From a virus (Duplodnaviria; Caudoviricetes): 64,000 bases of DNA. Shown here in pieces: positions 28,401 through 38,879 of this stretch; the first letter of the stretch is position 1; every line of letters begins with the position of its first letter. The DNA is taken from positions 64,001-128,000 of the IMG/VR virus record IMGVR_UViG_3300031669_005479. The stretch is one strand, 5' to 3'. A program made the position numbers and the translations under genes. Under the pieces are notes generated by a model. The model had not been told where the DNA came from. It worked only from the letters and a program-made list of their open reading frames with translations, and ran no database searches.

Positions 28401-29015
28401 TTAGTATTTCTTAAGTTTCCTCAACATCTCATCTCTTTTTGCAGGAGAAAGTTCTCTGATTTGACTTATAGACAATCCTCTATAGTTTATTAAATCATAA
28501 TCATCCCACATATTCTTTACATCACTATTTTTAATTTTTTCAAAAATAGTATCTGCAACTTCAACAACAAGATTAGTTAAATCTAATGACCATCTTGCCA
28601 TAGGATTGTAGCCATCTACATAAAATAGTCTCTCTACAATTGGATTATCGTTTATATAAAGTCCAATTTTGCATTCTACACCACGAATAGTTTTATCGTC
28701 AATTTGCTGAACAATTGGCTGTGGATTGTAACGTAGGTCAGCTCTATGAATCTGAGGATACGATGTAATAACCTCTTGGTTATATTCGTATAAATCATAT
28801 TCCACACCATTTCCCACTCCTACAACAACATCATAATTTCGTTTTGAAAGAATTTTCTGGAATTTGGTAATTGCACGTGGAAGAATGTCCCTAATATCAA
28901 TTGAATACCTAGTAAATGGATTAAACTGATCCGCATCAAAAACTTTTTCACATAGCAATACATTCTCCTGTTGTAAAGAAAATTTAAATACATTGTTGTA
29001 TCCTTTTTCGCTCAT
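28401..29015 (-). CDS. Hypothetical protein in the replication module
   Basis: 204 aa ORF between exonuclease and helicase; TATATTTG element upstream at 29049-29056. Confidence 0.7.
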   Translation of the reverse strand: MSEKGYNNVFKFSLQQENVLLCEKVFDADQFNPFTRYSIDIRDILPRAITKFQKILSKRNYDVVVGVGNGVEYDLYEYNQEVITSYPQIHRADLRYNPQPIVQQIDDKTIRGVECKIGLYINDNPIVERLFYVDGYNPMARWSLDLTNLVVEVADTIFEKIKNSDVKNMWDDYDLINYRGLSISQIRELSPAKRDEMLRKLKKY

Positions 29016-29085
29016 TTTTTTAAAATTTAAAATTATTAATAACTATGACAAATATAGTGTGAATTCGCTAAAATTAAAAGACTTT

Positions 29086-30144
29086 TTATAAATTACTTTG
29101 ATTATTTTTTAGATACTCAGTAAGTAATTGTTTTTCATTCATTATAATTGTATAAAACGGTTCTACATACTGAACAAACGTGCTACCATAAACAGAGAGA
29201 AAATCGTCTTCAATCATCATTCTATATAAATTTTTACTTCCTCTATCTTCAGGCGATAATGGAATTTCCAATTGTAGTAGGTCATCTTCTGCTTGTTCGT
29301 TAAGCATTGGTTGTCTTAAATTAACTAATTTATAATTAGTTTTAAGCCTTTCAACACCTTCAGGACTAATTAAATTTTTTAATGCAATAAGTGGCTTTTT
29401 TTTATTTAAAATTCTTTCTCGATTAATTTCATCTGCCTTTATACAAATTTCTCTAACACTTACATGTTTATATTTTAGTTCTGGAAAATGTTCCAATAAT
29501 GTTTTTTCACCAATTCCTTCAATGCCACTAATATTATCTGATGTATCACCAGTTATAATTTTAAGTATTAATGCATTCGAATAGTGATGATTAAAATGCA
29601 TTATATAGTTAGAACGAGTTACTGGTTGTTCAATATTTGGAAATATTATTGTTATGTTTAAATCAAGTAATTGCGCAAAATCTCTATCGTTTGAATATAG
29701 AAAAATTTCTTCTTTGTTGTTGTATTTAAGACAATATGCTGCAATTAAATCGTCCGCTTCAACATCATCCACTTCAATTTGACGTAAAAACAATTCTTCG
29801 GCATATGCTTGAATTCTTTTTCTTTGTTTTAAAATTGATTCCTCTTTCTCTTTTTCTCTGCGTATTTCGGCAGCACTCATTTCGATTCTTTTATGCCATT
29901 CTTTAGTTTTACGATTAGCCTTATATTCCCTATCAATTCTATGACGCATAATACCACCACCTTCACCATCCCAAACCAATACGACCTTATTAATCTTATG
30001 TTCCTTAATTTGCTTACGAACTGTGGTAATAAAAGAATATAGACCGCCAATATGTCCATACTTGGCGGTCTCTACATTCTTTGCACCATGAAACGAACGC
30101 TTCAAAAGATAAGATGAATCGATTAATAGTGTTCTAATTTTCAT
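29086..30144 (-). CDS. 5'-3' exonuclease / flap endonuclease (T4 RNase H / PolI N-domain-like)
   Basis: LLIDSSYL, VWDG, YKANR, EADDLIA, SNDRDFAQL, GDTSDNISGIEGIGEKT. Confidence 0.93.
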   Translation of the reverse strand: MKIRTLLIDSSYLLKRSFHGAKNVETAKYGHIGGLYSFITTVRKQIKEHKINKVVLVWDGEGGGIMRHRIDREYKANRKTKEWHKRIEMSAAEIRREKEKEESILKQRKRIQAYAEELFLRQIEVDDVEADDLIAAYCLKYNNKEEIFLYSNDRDFAQLLDLNITIIFPNIEQPVTRSNYIMHFNHHYSNALILKIITGDTSDNISGIEGIGEKTLLEHFPELKYKHVSVREICIKADEINRERILNKKKPLIALKNLISPEGVERLKTNYKLVNLRQPMLNEQAEDDLLQLEIPLSPEDRGSKNLYRMMIEDDFLSVYGSTFVQYVEPFYTIIMNEKQLLTEYLKNNQSNL

Positions 30145-31289
30145 TATTCAATATCTTCAATATTCTGGGTTCTTTCAATCAATTCTTCTGAGCCAATAAC
30201 ATTTCCATCAGCATCCATAGGTTTAGACTGAATTATAATGTCATCTGCAGTTAGACTATCATCTTCAAAAATATTTCGGAAATGAAGAATATGTCGCTTT
30301 TTATATTCATCAATACTTGCCTTATCGCCATATACAAATCCATGTGGTGTTGAGGCAATTTTTCCCTCTAATGAAATGCCACCCTTTTCACCGTCAACGT
30401 GGTTTTTAGCGATATTAACCTTGTTACTAAAACCAAAGTTAACGTCACGACCCTTACTTGTTGCAGTTTCTCTTGCAGTTCCATGTGTAATAATACCACC
30501 AAAATGATAAATAAGTCTTGAACCAAAAAACCAAGTTTCACCACCCTTATGCTTAACAACCTTATTCATTGAATCATACCAAATTTTCTGGACAGCACCA
30601 ACTGTATTGGTATATGGACTATCAATTCTTCTACTGTTTGGAATAGTATTATTTAACATTGACATGAATGATTTCTCATATGCACCAGCATTCCACATAT
30701 TATTATCACTATCATTCTTTTCGAGAGCATTTATTGTTTTAATACAATTTAATGTTCCAATAGAATCTATAGCAAAATACAAATCATATGGTAATTCACC
30801 TGCAGCCTGTTGGTCTAGGAAATAATACATTGCTTTTGCCAAATCTTCAATGCTTGCCTCTTTCCTATCCTTATCTTGCTGTTTTCCGAAATTATCTAAA
30901 AGAAATTTATTTTTAACCAGAATGTAATCACCATTCCAGTCAAAACCCATTAACGTTAACCTCTCATTACCCTCATCAATATTATTTTCAGTATCAATAA
31001 TAATTGGTAATATACCCATTTTTTGTGCATTCACAATTGAACGCATTAAAGCCGTTGATTTACCAGTATTCGAATATCCACGGAAAAGTGTGACATATCC
31101 TTTAGGCATTCCAGGCATTCCAGTTGCTTCTTTCAACGCATCATCAATGGGTATCCATATCAATGGTTTTGATGGGACATCTGAAGCACCAACCTTTTTT
31201 TTAAAATTATCGAGACTAAAATTCTTTTTTGGCGTGGGTTTTCTTACCTCGTTTACTGGCACATCAACTTGTGCTATTTTTTTTGCCAT
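30144..31289 (-). CDS. recA: RecA/UvsX-like recombinase
   Basis: GYSNTGKST Walker A, IIDTEN, FAIDSIG, KGGETWFF, KNHV. Confidence 0.9.
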   Translation of the reverse strand: MAKKIAQVDVPVNEVRKPTPKKNFSLDNFKKKVGASDVPSKPLIWIPIDDALKEATGMPGMPKGYVTLFRGYSNTGKSTALMRSIVNAQKMGILPIIIDTENNIDEGNERLTLMGFDWNGDYILVKNKFLLDNFGKQQDKDRKEASIEDLAKAMYYFLDQQAAGELPYDLYFAIDSIGTLNCIKTINALEKNDSDNNMWNAGAYEKSFMSMLNNTIPNSRRIDSPYTNTVGAVQKIWYDSMNKVVKHKGGETWFFGSRLIYHFGGIITHGTARETATSKGRDVNFGFSNKVNIAKNHVDGEKGGISLEGKIASTPHGFVYGDKASIDEYKKRHILHFRNIFEDDSLTADDIIIQSKPMDADGNVIGSEELIERTQNIEDIE

Positions 31290-31315
31290 AAAATTAAATG
31301 TTTTTATTGTAGATT

Positions 31316-31340
31316 AAAAAGGGGGAAGCGTTCCCCCTTT
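31316..31340 (-). terminator. Intrinsic terminator after SSB
   Basis: GGGGGAA-cgc-TTCCCCC plus U-run. Confidence 0.85.
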
Positions 31341-31357
31341 CATTAAATAATGTTTAA

Positions 31358-32596
31358 CTAAAATGGTAAATCATCAAATTCATCGCCACCTACGACATCA
31401 TTATCATTGTCATTTACATCGTTTTCATTATCATCATCTTGAATACTTCCAAGTGTTTCTTTTCCCAAATCAGATGCATCATCTTTATATGTACCAACTT
31501 TTGATTCTGTGATATTACTAACGGTAACACGTGGATATTCTTCATCGTTAAGGTCAGATGCCTGTTCGAAATTTTCGTCATCATCTGCATCAAGGTTTGC
31601 TGTTCGAGTATTGGCGGCCTCTTCTAAATCAGGACGACCTGGAAATACCCAATGCTTGTTATTTGCGTCAGTATCATCCCAATACGGACTAGTACCGTTC
31701 GCCACCATTTCAAGAAACTCATGTGGTGTTGTATTGGGTGCTTTCTTAGGCATGAACACGTCTCTCCAAGTAGTGTCATCGGCAAGCCAATTCTCCATAA
31801 CAAGTCTATCATTACTCAACGGTGATGTAGGACGTGCACTGATCGCCGAAATTGCTTTGTAAGAATGACCATTAAAATCGCTATCAGTCATAACAATACT
31901 TAGGTCAGTACCCTTTATTGGGTCAGAAAAATCTGCTTGCTGATTAGACATATAGTCTTCCAAAATTGGGAGCAACTTATCAAGAGTTCCTTGATTTTTA
32001 TAGTTGTGCTTAAATCTCCAAAATTTAACACCATCCTTTTCAGCACCCTTATCAATTCCACGAACAATATAGAATTTCTTAGCTTCCCACTTAACTGCTT
32101 CCTTATAAATTAAGTCATTTTTTTCCTTAACTTTAAGTTGCATGTCATTCATTGCTTCTTTCTTAATACCCTTAATTGATGGGTCTTGCTTTGCAAGTTC
32201 TTTCTTGTGCTTTGCACATAAAGGACATGGAGCGGGAATTAGAATTGGAGCACCATTACTGTCAAGAACTGGCTTGCCATCACTACCCAATTTTGGAACT
32301 TTAGGGTCGTTATGTGCAGGACAATAAATTACACTTCCATGCTTTTTTGTGCCACCTTTAGCGTTGGTTGTAACCACATGAAAAAACGCTTCTTCAATGT
32401 GCTTTTTACCTGCTTTAGGTGGGAGAATTCTGAAGAGTTCTTTAGTTTTTCTTGGAACGAAATACTTTGCAAGAAGGTCTTCACGTGATTTGCGATTTTT
32501 GCTTTGACTTTGTTTTTTCTGGTAATCAGAAAACATTTTTTTTAAGTCAGACAAGTTGCCACCTTGGGCATTTGTCATAGAATTTTCATTACTCAT
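31358..32596 (-). CDS. ssb: gp32-like single-stranded DNA-binding protein
   Basis: FRILPP, YCPAHN...CPLC Zn site, KFWRF, GTDL, acidic tail ending DDLPF. Confidence 0.85.
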   Translation of the reverse strand: MSNENSMTNAQGGNLSDLKKMFSDYQKKQSQSKNRKSREDLLAKYFVPRKTKELFRILPPKAGKKHIEEAFFHVVTTNAKGGTKKHGSVIYCPAHNDPKVPKLGSDGKPVLDSNGAPILIPAPCPLCAKHKKELAKQDPSIKGIKKEAMNDMQLKVKEKNDLIYKEAVKWEAKKFYIVRGIDKGAEKDGVKFWRFKHNYKNQGTLDKLLPILEDYMSNQQADFSDPIKGTDLSIVMTDSDFNGHSYKAISAISARPTSPLSNDRLVMENWLADDTTWRDVFMPKKAPNTTPHEFLEMVANGTSPYWDDTDANNKHWVFPGRPDLEEAANTRTANLDADDDENFEQASDLNDEEYPRVTVSNITESKVGTYKDDASDLGKETLGSIQDDDNENDVNDNDNDVVGGDEFDDLPF

Positions 32597-32649
32597 TTTT
32601 CAATTTTAATTTACAGTTATTTTCGTTTTCAATTATAAAAATTGCAGTA

Positions 32650-32680
32650 CAAATGTATTATACATTTCATATAAATACAA
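32650..32680 (-). promoter_or_regulatory. Composite SSB promoter: TTG-N20-TACATTTG overlapping GTATTTAT (32671-32678)
   Basis: Both motifs read directly; palindrome AAATGTA-tta-TACATTT overlaps the -7 element. Confidence 0.7.
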
Positions 32681-32711
32681 GGATTTTTAAAAATAAATCC
32701 GATATTTATAA

Positions 32712-34115
32712 TTAAGCAGTTAAAATATTATCCGACACAATTGTAAATGAAACAGTTTGTTTATTTTCATAATAATTGCCATTTTTCATTCTAATTTGTA
32801 AATGATAATCTTGCGGAATTAGCCATGATGTATCAAGATTAAATTCATAACCAGTATTTGTTCGATTAACAGAAGTAAATGGAATCACATCAATTTCATA
32901 TTTTTTACCAACAGTAGTGAATAATCTATATTCAATATCCAAAGGTAAGAAATTATTTTGATTTGGGTATAGTTCCTTAATTGTTAATTTAATTTTTTTG
33001 ACAACACCTGCACTAATATTTTCCTTTTCGCCAATACCCCAAAAATAAAAAAAATAATTATTGAAATCAATTATATTTGAATTATCGTAGGTATTATATT
33101 TTTCTGGTGATATTAAATAAAATTCATCAGAATGTTCACTAGACCTACCATTAATCGTTAATTTCCATACATCTTTAAATAATACTGCATCGGGATATAA
33201 TTCCGAATCAATATTTAAGGTTATTTTGTATATTCCTTTACCTACATTAACAATTGAACTACCAGTTAGTGTATCAATAAGATTATCTTCATGATCGTAA
33301 ATATCAACACCATTTACAGTAATATTCTGTGGAAACCCACCAACATTTACGTATAGATATAAATTATTATCCTTATCTTGATAAAAATAATTACGATCAT
33401 CGATGATAATATCATCAACAGTTGTTTCAATATATGGCTCATACCAAGTGTTGGTATTTTTTGCATGAAATGCAACTGCTTGCGTTAAACTAGTTATTAA
33501 TTCCTCATATACATCTGGAAATTTAATGCCCAACCCATAGGAATTTCCAGTATATGTTGAACCACTACCAGTTAATCTTTGATTTATATAATCAGTAACA
33601 TCAATATTAATATTTTCATTCCCCTTTTCAAATCTTTGTGAACCAATTATTTGTGTAATTCCAGAACTATATGCGCCAGCATTATTCCAAGCAGTCGTAG
33701 TTTTTGCAGAATACCAATTAGATGCTTGATTAATTGGATTAAATGTCGTTGTCGTATCATATATGAAATCATAACCACTACCCTCATCCCAATCTTGATT
33801 TATATTGAACACGTCCAAATCGAAACTTGATGCCCTATTAATTGCATCAGAATATGATCTTTTGCCTAAATATTGTTGTGCATAACTAATAGTATTGGTC
33901 ATGTGTAATGTATGTGTAACTACACTAGCGGGATTAATAAATCCATCCGAAATTTTATTACTCAAATTAGTTAAATCAACATCAAATATCAATCGACTAA
34001 CTCGTTTATTGACTGTACCATATGATATTTCAGTAACAGGATTTTGAGAATTATTTGTTTCGTTAAGACTAATTAATGTATTTGACTTGCTAAAATAACT
34101 TCTATATGTTGACAT
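32712..34115 (-). CDS. Putative virion structural protein
   Basis: 467 aa; W.EG.GYD and QRFEKGNENI.ID.T motifs, Ig-like C-terminus; late motif upstream. Confidence 0.55.
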   Translation of the reverse strand: MSTYRSYFSKSNTLISLNETNNSQNPVTEISYGTVNKRVSRLIFDVDLTNLSNKISDGFINPASVVTHTLHMTNTISYAQQYLGKRSYSDAINRASSFDLDVFNINQDWDEGSGYDFIYDTTTTFNPINQASNWYSAKTTTAWNNAGAYSSGITQIIGSQRFEKGNENINIDVTDYINQRLTGSGSTYTGNSYGLGIKFPDVYEELITSLTQAVAFHAKNTNTWYEPYIETTVDDIIIDDRNYFYQDKDNNLYLYVNVGGFPQNITVNGVDIYDHEDNLIDTLTGSSIVNVGKGIYKITLNIDSELYPDAVLFKDVWKLTINGRSSEHSDEFYLISPEKYNTYDNSNIIDFNNYFFYFWGIGEKENISAGVVKKIKLTIKELYPNQNNFLPLDIEYRLFTTVGKKYEIDVIPFTSVNRTNTGYEFNLDTSWLIPQDYHLQIRMKNGNYYENKQTVSFTIVSDNILTA

Positions 34116-34132
34116 TATTTTGTTTTTTTATT

Positions 34133-34149
34133 GTATTTATCATAAATAC
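34133..34149. promoter_or_regulatory. Palindromic back-to-back late promoter GTATTTAT-C-ATAAATAC
   Basis: Perfect inverted pair between divergent genes 34115(-) and 34158(+). Confidence 0.75.
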
Positions 34150-34157
34150 TAAAAAAG

Positions 34158-35282
34158 ATGAAATATACCACAGAAACATTCATAAAAAAAGCAAATGAAA
34201 TTCATAATAATAAATATGATTATTCATTAATTGAATATATCAATACTCAAACATTAATTAATATTGTTTGTCCTCAACATGGCATTTTTAAACAAATTCC
34301 AGCCAATCATATTAGAAATAATAAACCACGTGGATGTCCAAATTGTGCAAAAAATAAAAAATTAACAACAGAAACATTTATAAAAAAAGCAAAAGAAGTT
34401 CATAGTGATAAATATGATTACTCGTTGGTTAAATATGTTAATGCCAATACAAAAATTAAAATTATTTGTCCCAAACATGGTGTTTTTGAACAAAAACCAT
34501 TTCTACATTTACAAAATTATGGTTGTCAAATTTGTGGAAACAACATAAAATTAACAACAGAAACATTTATAAAAAAAGCAAAAGAAGTTCATGGTGATAA
34601 ATATAATTATTCCTTAGCTAAATATGTTGGTTCTCACTTAAAAATTAAAATCATTTGTCCCAAACATGGTGTTTTTGAACAAAAACCAAATAATCATTTA
34701 TGTGGACAAGGATGTTATAGGTGTGGAGAAACTATTAGAAGTAACATAAAATTTATAAACGCAAATAATTCTTTTCTAATTAAGGCAAATAAAATTCATT
34801 CCAATTTATACGATTATTCATTAGTTCAATACAAAAACAATAGAAGTAAAATTAAAATTATTTGTTCAAAACATGGTGTTTTTGAACAAAAAGTTAATTC
34901 ACATCTAAGTGGTCATGGATGTCCTGAATGTAATATTTCAAAAGGTGAACTAAAAATAAAAAATATTTTAGATGAAAAAAATATTGAATATGCCTTTCAA
35001 AAAACATTTGATGATTGTATCACCCCAAATAATAGAAAACTAAAATTCGACTTTTATTTACCAAATCAAAACATATTAATTGAATATGATGGAAAACAAC
35101 ATTACGTGCCATTAAATTATTTTGGCGGTATTAAATCATTTAATGTTAGAAAAGAATATGATGAAATTAAAAATAAATTTGCAAAAGATAATAACATTAC
35201 ATTGTTAAGAATCCCATATTTTAAATATAAAATAATTGATAAATTAATTCAAAAAATTATAGAAAACAAAAAAGACTACTAA
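34158..35282 (+). mobile_element. Free-standing putative homing endonuclease (DUF723-like Cys/His repeats plus a PD-(D/E)XK/Vsr-like domain)
   Basis: Four FI.KA..[IV]H..KY.YS...Y....K.KI.C.KHG.F.Q...H....GC..C repeats; KFDFYLP...IEYDGKQH; opposite strand to its neighbours. Confidence 0.82.
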
Positions 35283-35293
35283 ATGTAGTCTTT
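35271..35293. terminator. Terminator between convergent genes
   Basis: AAAGACTAC-taaat-GTAGTCTTT. Confidence 0.7.
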
Positions 35294-35315
35294 AATTATT
35301 AATTTAACTTTACCA

Positions 35316-37466
35316 TTATTTCTTTGGTCTATATTTTGTCCATAAATCAAAATATTCTTTTTTTTGACTATCACTTAATGTATTAACATCTTTTTTTTCA
35401 TAGTCTTCAAGTTTAACGTAATCATTATTATCGCTATCTGTTTCTTGTGGTGCAGCCACTGCAGGTACTGCACCAGCAGCACCAACAATTTCATTCATGT
35501 TGTCGCCAACATTTATTGGTTTATACCCAAGTAGTTCATCGGTTTTTTCTTCATCGTCCCCATCTTCACTAGCATCACTTGCTGCGCCAAACTGTGCACT
35601 TGCTTCTGGAGTATCTTTTTCTGTATAGTATTCACTATCTTCGCTAAGATGATCCATTACAATTTCAATTGCAACTAATGGGTCGTCGGTATGCTCCTTT
35701 TCGACTTCAAGTCCCATTAATATTTGTTTTGGATCAAAATCTAATGGCGATTTACCGTCACCCTTACCACCAATGAGCACCTCACCCTCCTCTTCTTTAT
35801 CTTGCGCCAACTTACTAATTTCATCTGCAGTTTCTTGTGATGCACCTGTATTTTCTTCTTCATTCATTTGAGACATATCGTATTGTAGTCCAATATATCC
35901 GATCTTTGGATTCCACGACATTATATATCCATCTTTCTCATAGATATGGTCACTGCTACCATGTCCCAATTCATTGGTGGTTGCATGTTCACCGCTATAA
36001 TGCCATTGTTTTAAATATTCCAGTGCAGCATCCTCACCCTTTGTTTCAAGAATTTCTAATGGTTGAAACGCAGCATCTCCCTGTAGAAAAACAATATCTT
36101 CATATCTATCCCCACCAACACTTTCACTAACACCTGTTTTAACACTAAGTTTTTTCGTTTTATGTTTTTTCTTTGGTTTTGGATATTTTGTGCTTGTTTT
36201 TATGTCACTAGCAATTCCCAATTCTTGAGGATAGTCGGTTTCATTTAATTGTTCCATATATCCATGAAATAATTTCATTGCTGTTTGTCTTACCAATTCA
36301 TAATATTCCTCTTTAGACATTTGATACACCTTAACACCTAAACGCTTCTTAAGCATTTCATCTGCCATGTTTATCAATTTTTGTCTTCTTTCTGGTGTTA
36401 ATTTATTATAATATGCAGGAGTTATCTTATCCACATCAATAGATGTATCGGATTCAGGTAAAAACTTATCTGCCCAAGCAGGATAAACCCTTTTTTTTCC
36501 TTTTGCCATCATATTACCAAGACCAGTAGATTTTTCCGCACTTTGAGATTCTGGCTGTTCAAGATTTTTTAATTTCTCAAATTCCTTATCGATTTCATAT
36601 CGTGTTGGATAGTAGTATGAATTTCTATTTCTTCTATTGTTGTCATTAATTAAATTTTCAACTGCTTGATTATATAGTTCAACATCCTTTGGATCATCTT
36701 CAGTCTCTTCTTCAGGTTCTATTTTAGTATTATATTTATTTTTTTTCATTTCGAGATAATCGGGTGGCATTGCAAGTGGGTCATCTTCAATAGTATCATT
36801 TGTATAATCATCATCAACAACATCGTCATTATCATCGTTTTCGCTAACAAATTTCTGTAATTCAGGTGAATTTACCCTAAGTTTAGGATTAACGGGCTTT
36901 TCATCAAAATATGCCTTTTGTGTTTGAATTTCTTCACTACCTTTTCTATATGGAATTTTATCGATGAATTTAACTGCTTCTTCATACATCTCATCCATTT
37001 CAACGGCAGATTCACCAGCATCCGCATATTTACCAACAACATCAATCATATCTTGACCATATTCTTGGTTCATCTTTGTCAATATGCTTGCACCTTCAGG
37101 TATTTCAATATTATAGCCAGATGAATTATATTCAAATCCAATTAATTCTGCATTTCCAACAGTAAAAACACCTTCTTGTTCGCCCTCATTTGAGGTTATT
37201 TTAAATCTAAATGTAACCTTTTCATTATCATTACCTGATGCAACAATCGTAATATGACTTTCATTATCAACTGTTTGACTATTGGTCTCATCAATATTCA
37301 GATTTCCATCAATTAATTTTGTTAATTCATTTTTGACAACCTCTTCTTGATAATTACCTTGGGTCATATCCTCATTTAGAATTATTTTATTGACTCTTTG
37401 AAACATCTCAAGGAATCTTTCTTTACTACCAATTGAACTATATATTTTCATGTTTTCACTATTCAA
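35316..37466 (-). CDS. Large acidic putative head-internal protein with a DUF5661-like segment
   Basis: MGLEVEKEHTDD...EIVMDHLSED.EYYT; many (L/M/S)xE sites; leader shared with the next gene. Confidence 0.6.
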   Translation of the reverse strand: MNSENMKIYSSIGSKERFLEMFQRVNKIILNEDMTQGNYQEEVVKNELTKLIDGNLNIDETNSQTVDNESHITIVASGNDNEKVTFRFKITSNEGEQEGVFTVGNAELIGFEYNSSGYNIEIPEGASILTKMNQEYGQDMIDVVGKYADAGESAVEMDEMYEEAVKFIDKIPYRKGSEEIQTQKAYFDEKPVNPKLRVNSPELQKFVSENDDNDDVVDDDYTNDTIEDDPLAMPPDYLEMKKNKYNTKIEPEEETEDDPKDVELYNQAVENLINDNNRRNRNSYYYPTRYEIDKEFEKLKNLEQPESQSAEKSTGLGNMMAKGKKRVYPAWADKFLPESDTSIDVDKITPAYYNKLTPERRQKLINMADEMLKKRLGVKVYQMSKEEYYELVRQTAMKLFHGYMEQLNETDYPQELGIASDIKTSTKYPKPKKKHKTKKLSVKTGVSESVGGDRYEDIVFLQGDAAFQPLEILETKGEDAALEYLKQWHYSGEHATTNELGHGSSDHIYEKDGYIMSWNPKIGYIGLQYDMSQMNEEENTGASQETADEISKLAQDKEEEGEVLIGGKGDGKSPLDFDPKQILMGLEVEKEHTDDPLVAIEIVMDHLSEDSEYYTEKDTPEASAQFGAASDASEDGDDEEKTDELLGYKPINVGDNMNEIVGAAGAVPAVAAPQETDSDNNDYVKLEDYEKKDVNTLSDSQKKEYFDLWTKYRPKK

Positions 37467-37911
37467 ATATTATTGAATTATTTTTTCCAAAATCTCTTAA
37501 TAATACACCTGCTAATGAATTTGCCTCATTTTCGTCTGGACTACCAGTTTTATTAGAATCGGATGTTAATTTTCCATCTAAATTTTGCTTATGGTGTATC
37601 ATTTCGTGTGCTAAAGTTCTTAAAACATCTGCTAAATTTCTATTTGCGATAACAACTCTAATTTCTTTTGATATTGGAGTATATTTTCCAAAAGAATGCA
37701 TAGTTTCAGCCTCTTTTTCATCATTAGATAAAACAATCTTCGGTAAGTTATCTGTATAACCTAACCTTTTACCAGCATACTTAACAAAATCGTTAATTAT
37801 CTCAATTTTTTTTTCTTTAGGTAATAATGCCTCATTTAATGGAGCATTACTTACCCTATTAAGCATTTCAAATAATCTTTCTTTCGAACCATATTGATGA
37901 AATATTTTCAT
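37459..37911 (-). CDS. HExxH zinc metallopeptidase with N-terminal leader
   Basis: LRTLAHEMIHHKQ...ENEANSLAG. Confidence 0.8.
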   Translation of the reverse strand: MKIFHQYGSKERLFEMLNRVSNAPLNEALLPKEKKIEIINDFVKYAGKRLGYTDNLPKIVLSNDEKEAETMHSFGKYTPISKEIRVVIANRNLADVLRTLAHEMIHHKQNLDGKLTSDSNKTGSPDENEANSLAGVLLRDFGKNNSIIFE

Positions 37912-37913
37912 TA

Positions 37914-38651
37914 CTAATTCATTTCATTAAAACTGTTCTGAACATCTATTTTTGACCTTTGGGGTAATTCATCAAAATCTGCAACAAACGTACCATCAGG
38001 TAGTTCGCTAATACCCCTTTCTTTTTCCTTCTCACGATTTGCATTAAACCAATTACCTTGCCAAAAATCATTTAAATTAAAATAATATGGATAACTTACG
38101 TTTGTTTTATTCATTAGTTTTTCTGAATTAGTTGGTTCTCTAACTTCTTCCACATCAGCATTAAGTATTTCCAATTTTCCATTTAATCCTTGAACAACGT
38201 TATTCAAATTTTCCAATTGGTCATGAATATCTTTCATGGCTTCAAGGTTATGTTTAATAATATCATTTTGAATATCGTTTACTTGATTTTCTGGTTCAGG
38301 ACTATTACCTATAGGATTGGTGGAAACATTATCAATACCATCAGACATATCATCACCATCATCCACATTGTCACCATTATTATCATCAGATTGGTCAAAT
38401 GCTGGAACTGGTGATGGTGTTGGATTACCATCAACTGGTTGATCGTTTGATGGTGCTGGCAATTGATTTCCCACTGGTTTTGGTGCATCTTCTTGATCTC
38501 CAGCCTCATTAGTTAATTTAGGCATTTCATCAAATTCTTCATTTGCACCAACTAATGGACTATATCTCGCAGTTTCGTTAATCTTATAATTAACACGATA
38601 TTTAATCTTTCGGATTTCTTCTGAAAGATTAGTTAGGTTTTCATTTTTCAT
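37914..38651 (-). CDS. Acidic, Pro/Asp-rich protein with coiled coil (putative head/scaffold-related)
   Basis: Low-complexity middle, heptad segment, PY...L.DFW C-terminus. Confidence 0.5.
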   Translation of the reverse strand: MKNENLTNLSEEIRKIKYRVNYKINETARYSPLVGANEEFDEMPKLTNEAGDQEDAPKPVGNQLPAPSNDQPVDGNPTPSPVPAFDQSDDNNGDNVDDGDDMSDGIDNVSTNPIGNSPEPENQVNDIQNDIIKHNLEAMKDIHDQLENLNNVVQGLNGKLEILNADVEEVREPTNSEKLMNKTNVSYPYYFNLNDFWQGNWFNANREKEKERGISELPDGTFVADFDELPQRSKIDVQNSFNEMN

Positions 38652-38663
38652 TAAATGAATGTA

Positions 38664-38879
38664 TTAGTATTGTTCTCTCAATAACATGCGTCCAGATTTA
38701 TCAACAAAAATTTTATCAACTCTTTCGATAAGTCCTTCACGTTCATCAAGAACGGCTTTCTTTGCATCATTAATTTTTGCATCAACTTGAGGTTCATCAA
38801 CGAAATTATCAAGTGCCTTTTCTACATTTTTTTCCATAGTATCCATAATCATTTCATATAAATACTGTGTTACATTCAT
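38664..38879 (-). CDS. Hypothetical protein
   Basis: 71 aa ORF in the operon. Confidence 0.6.
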   Translation of the reverse strand: MNVTQYLYEMIMDTMEKNVEKALDNFVDEPQVDAKINDAKKAVLDEREGLIERVDKIFVDKSGRMLLREQY

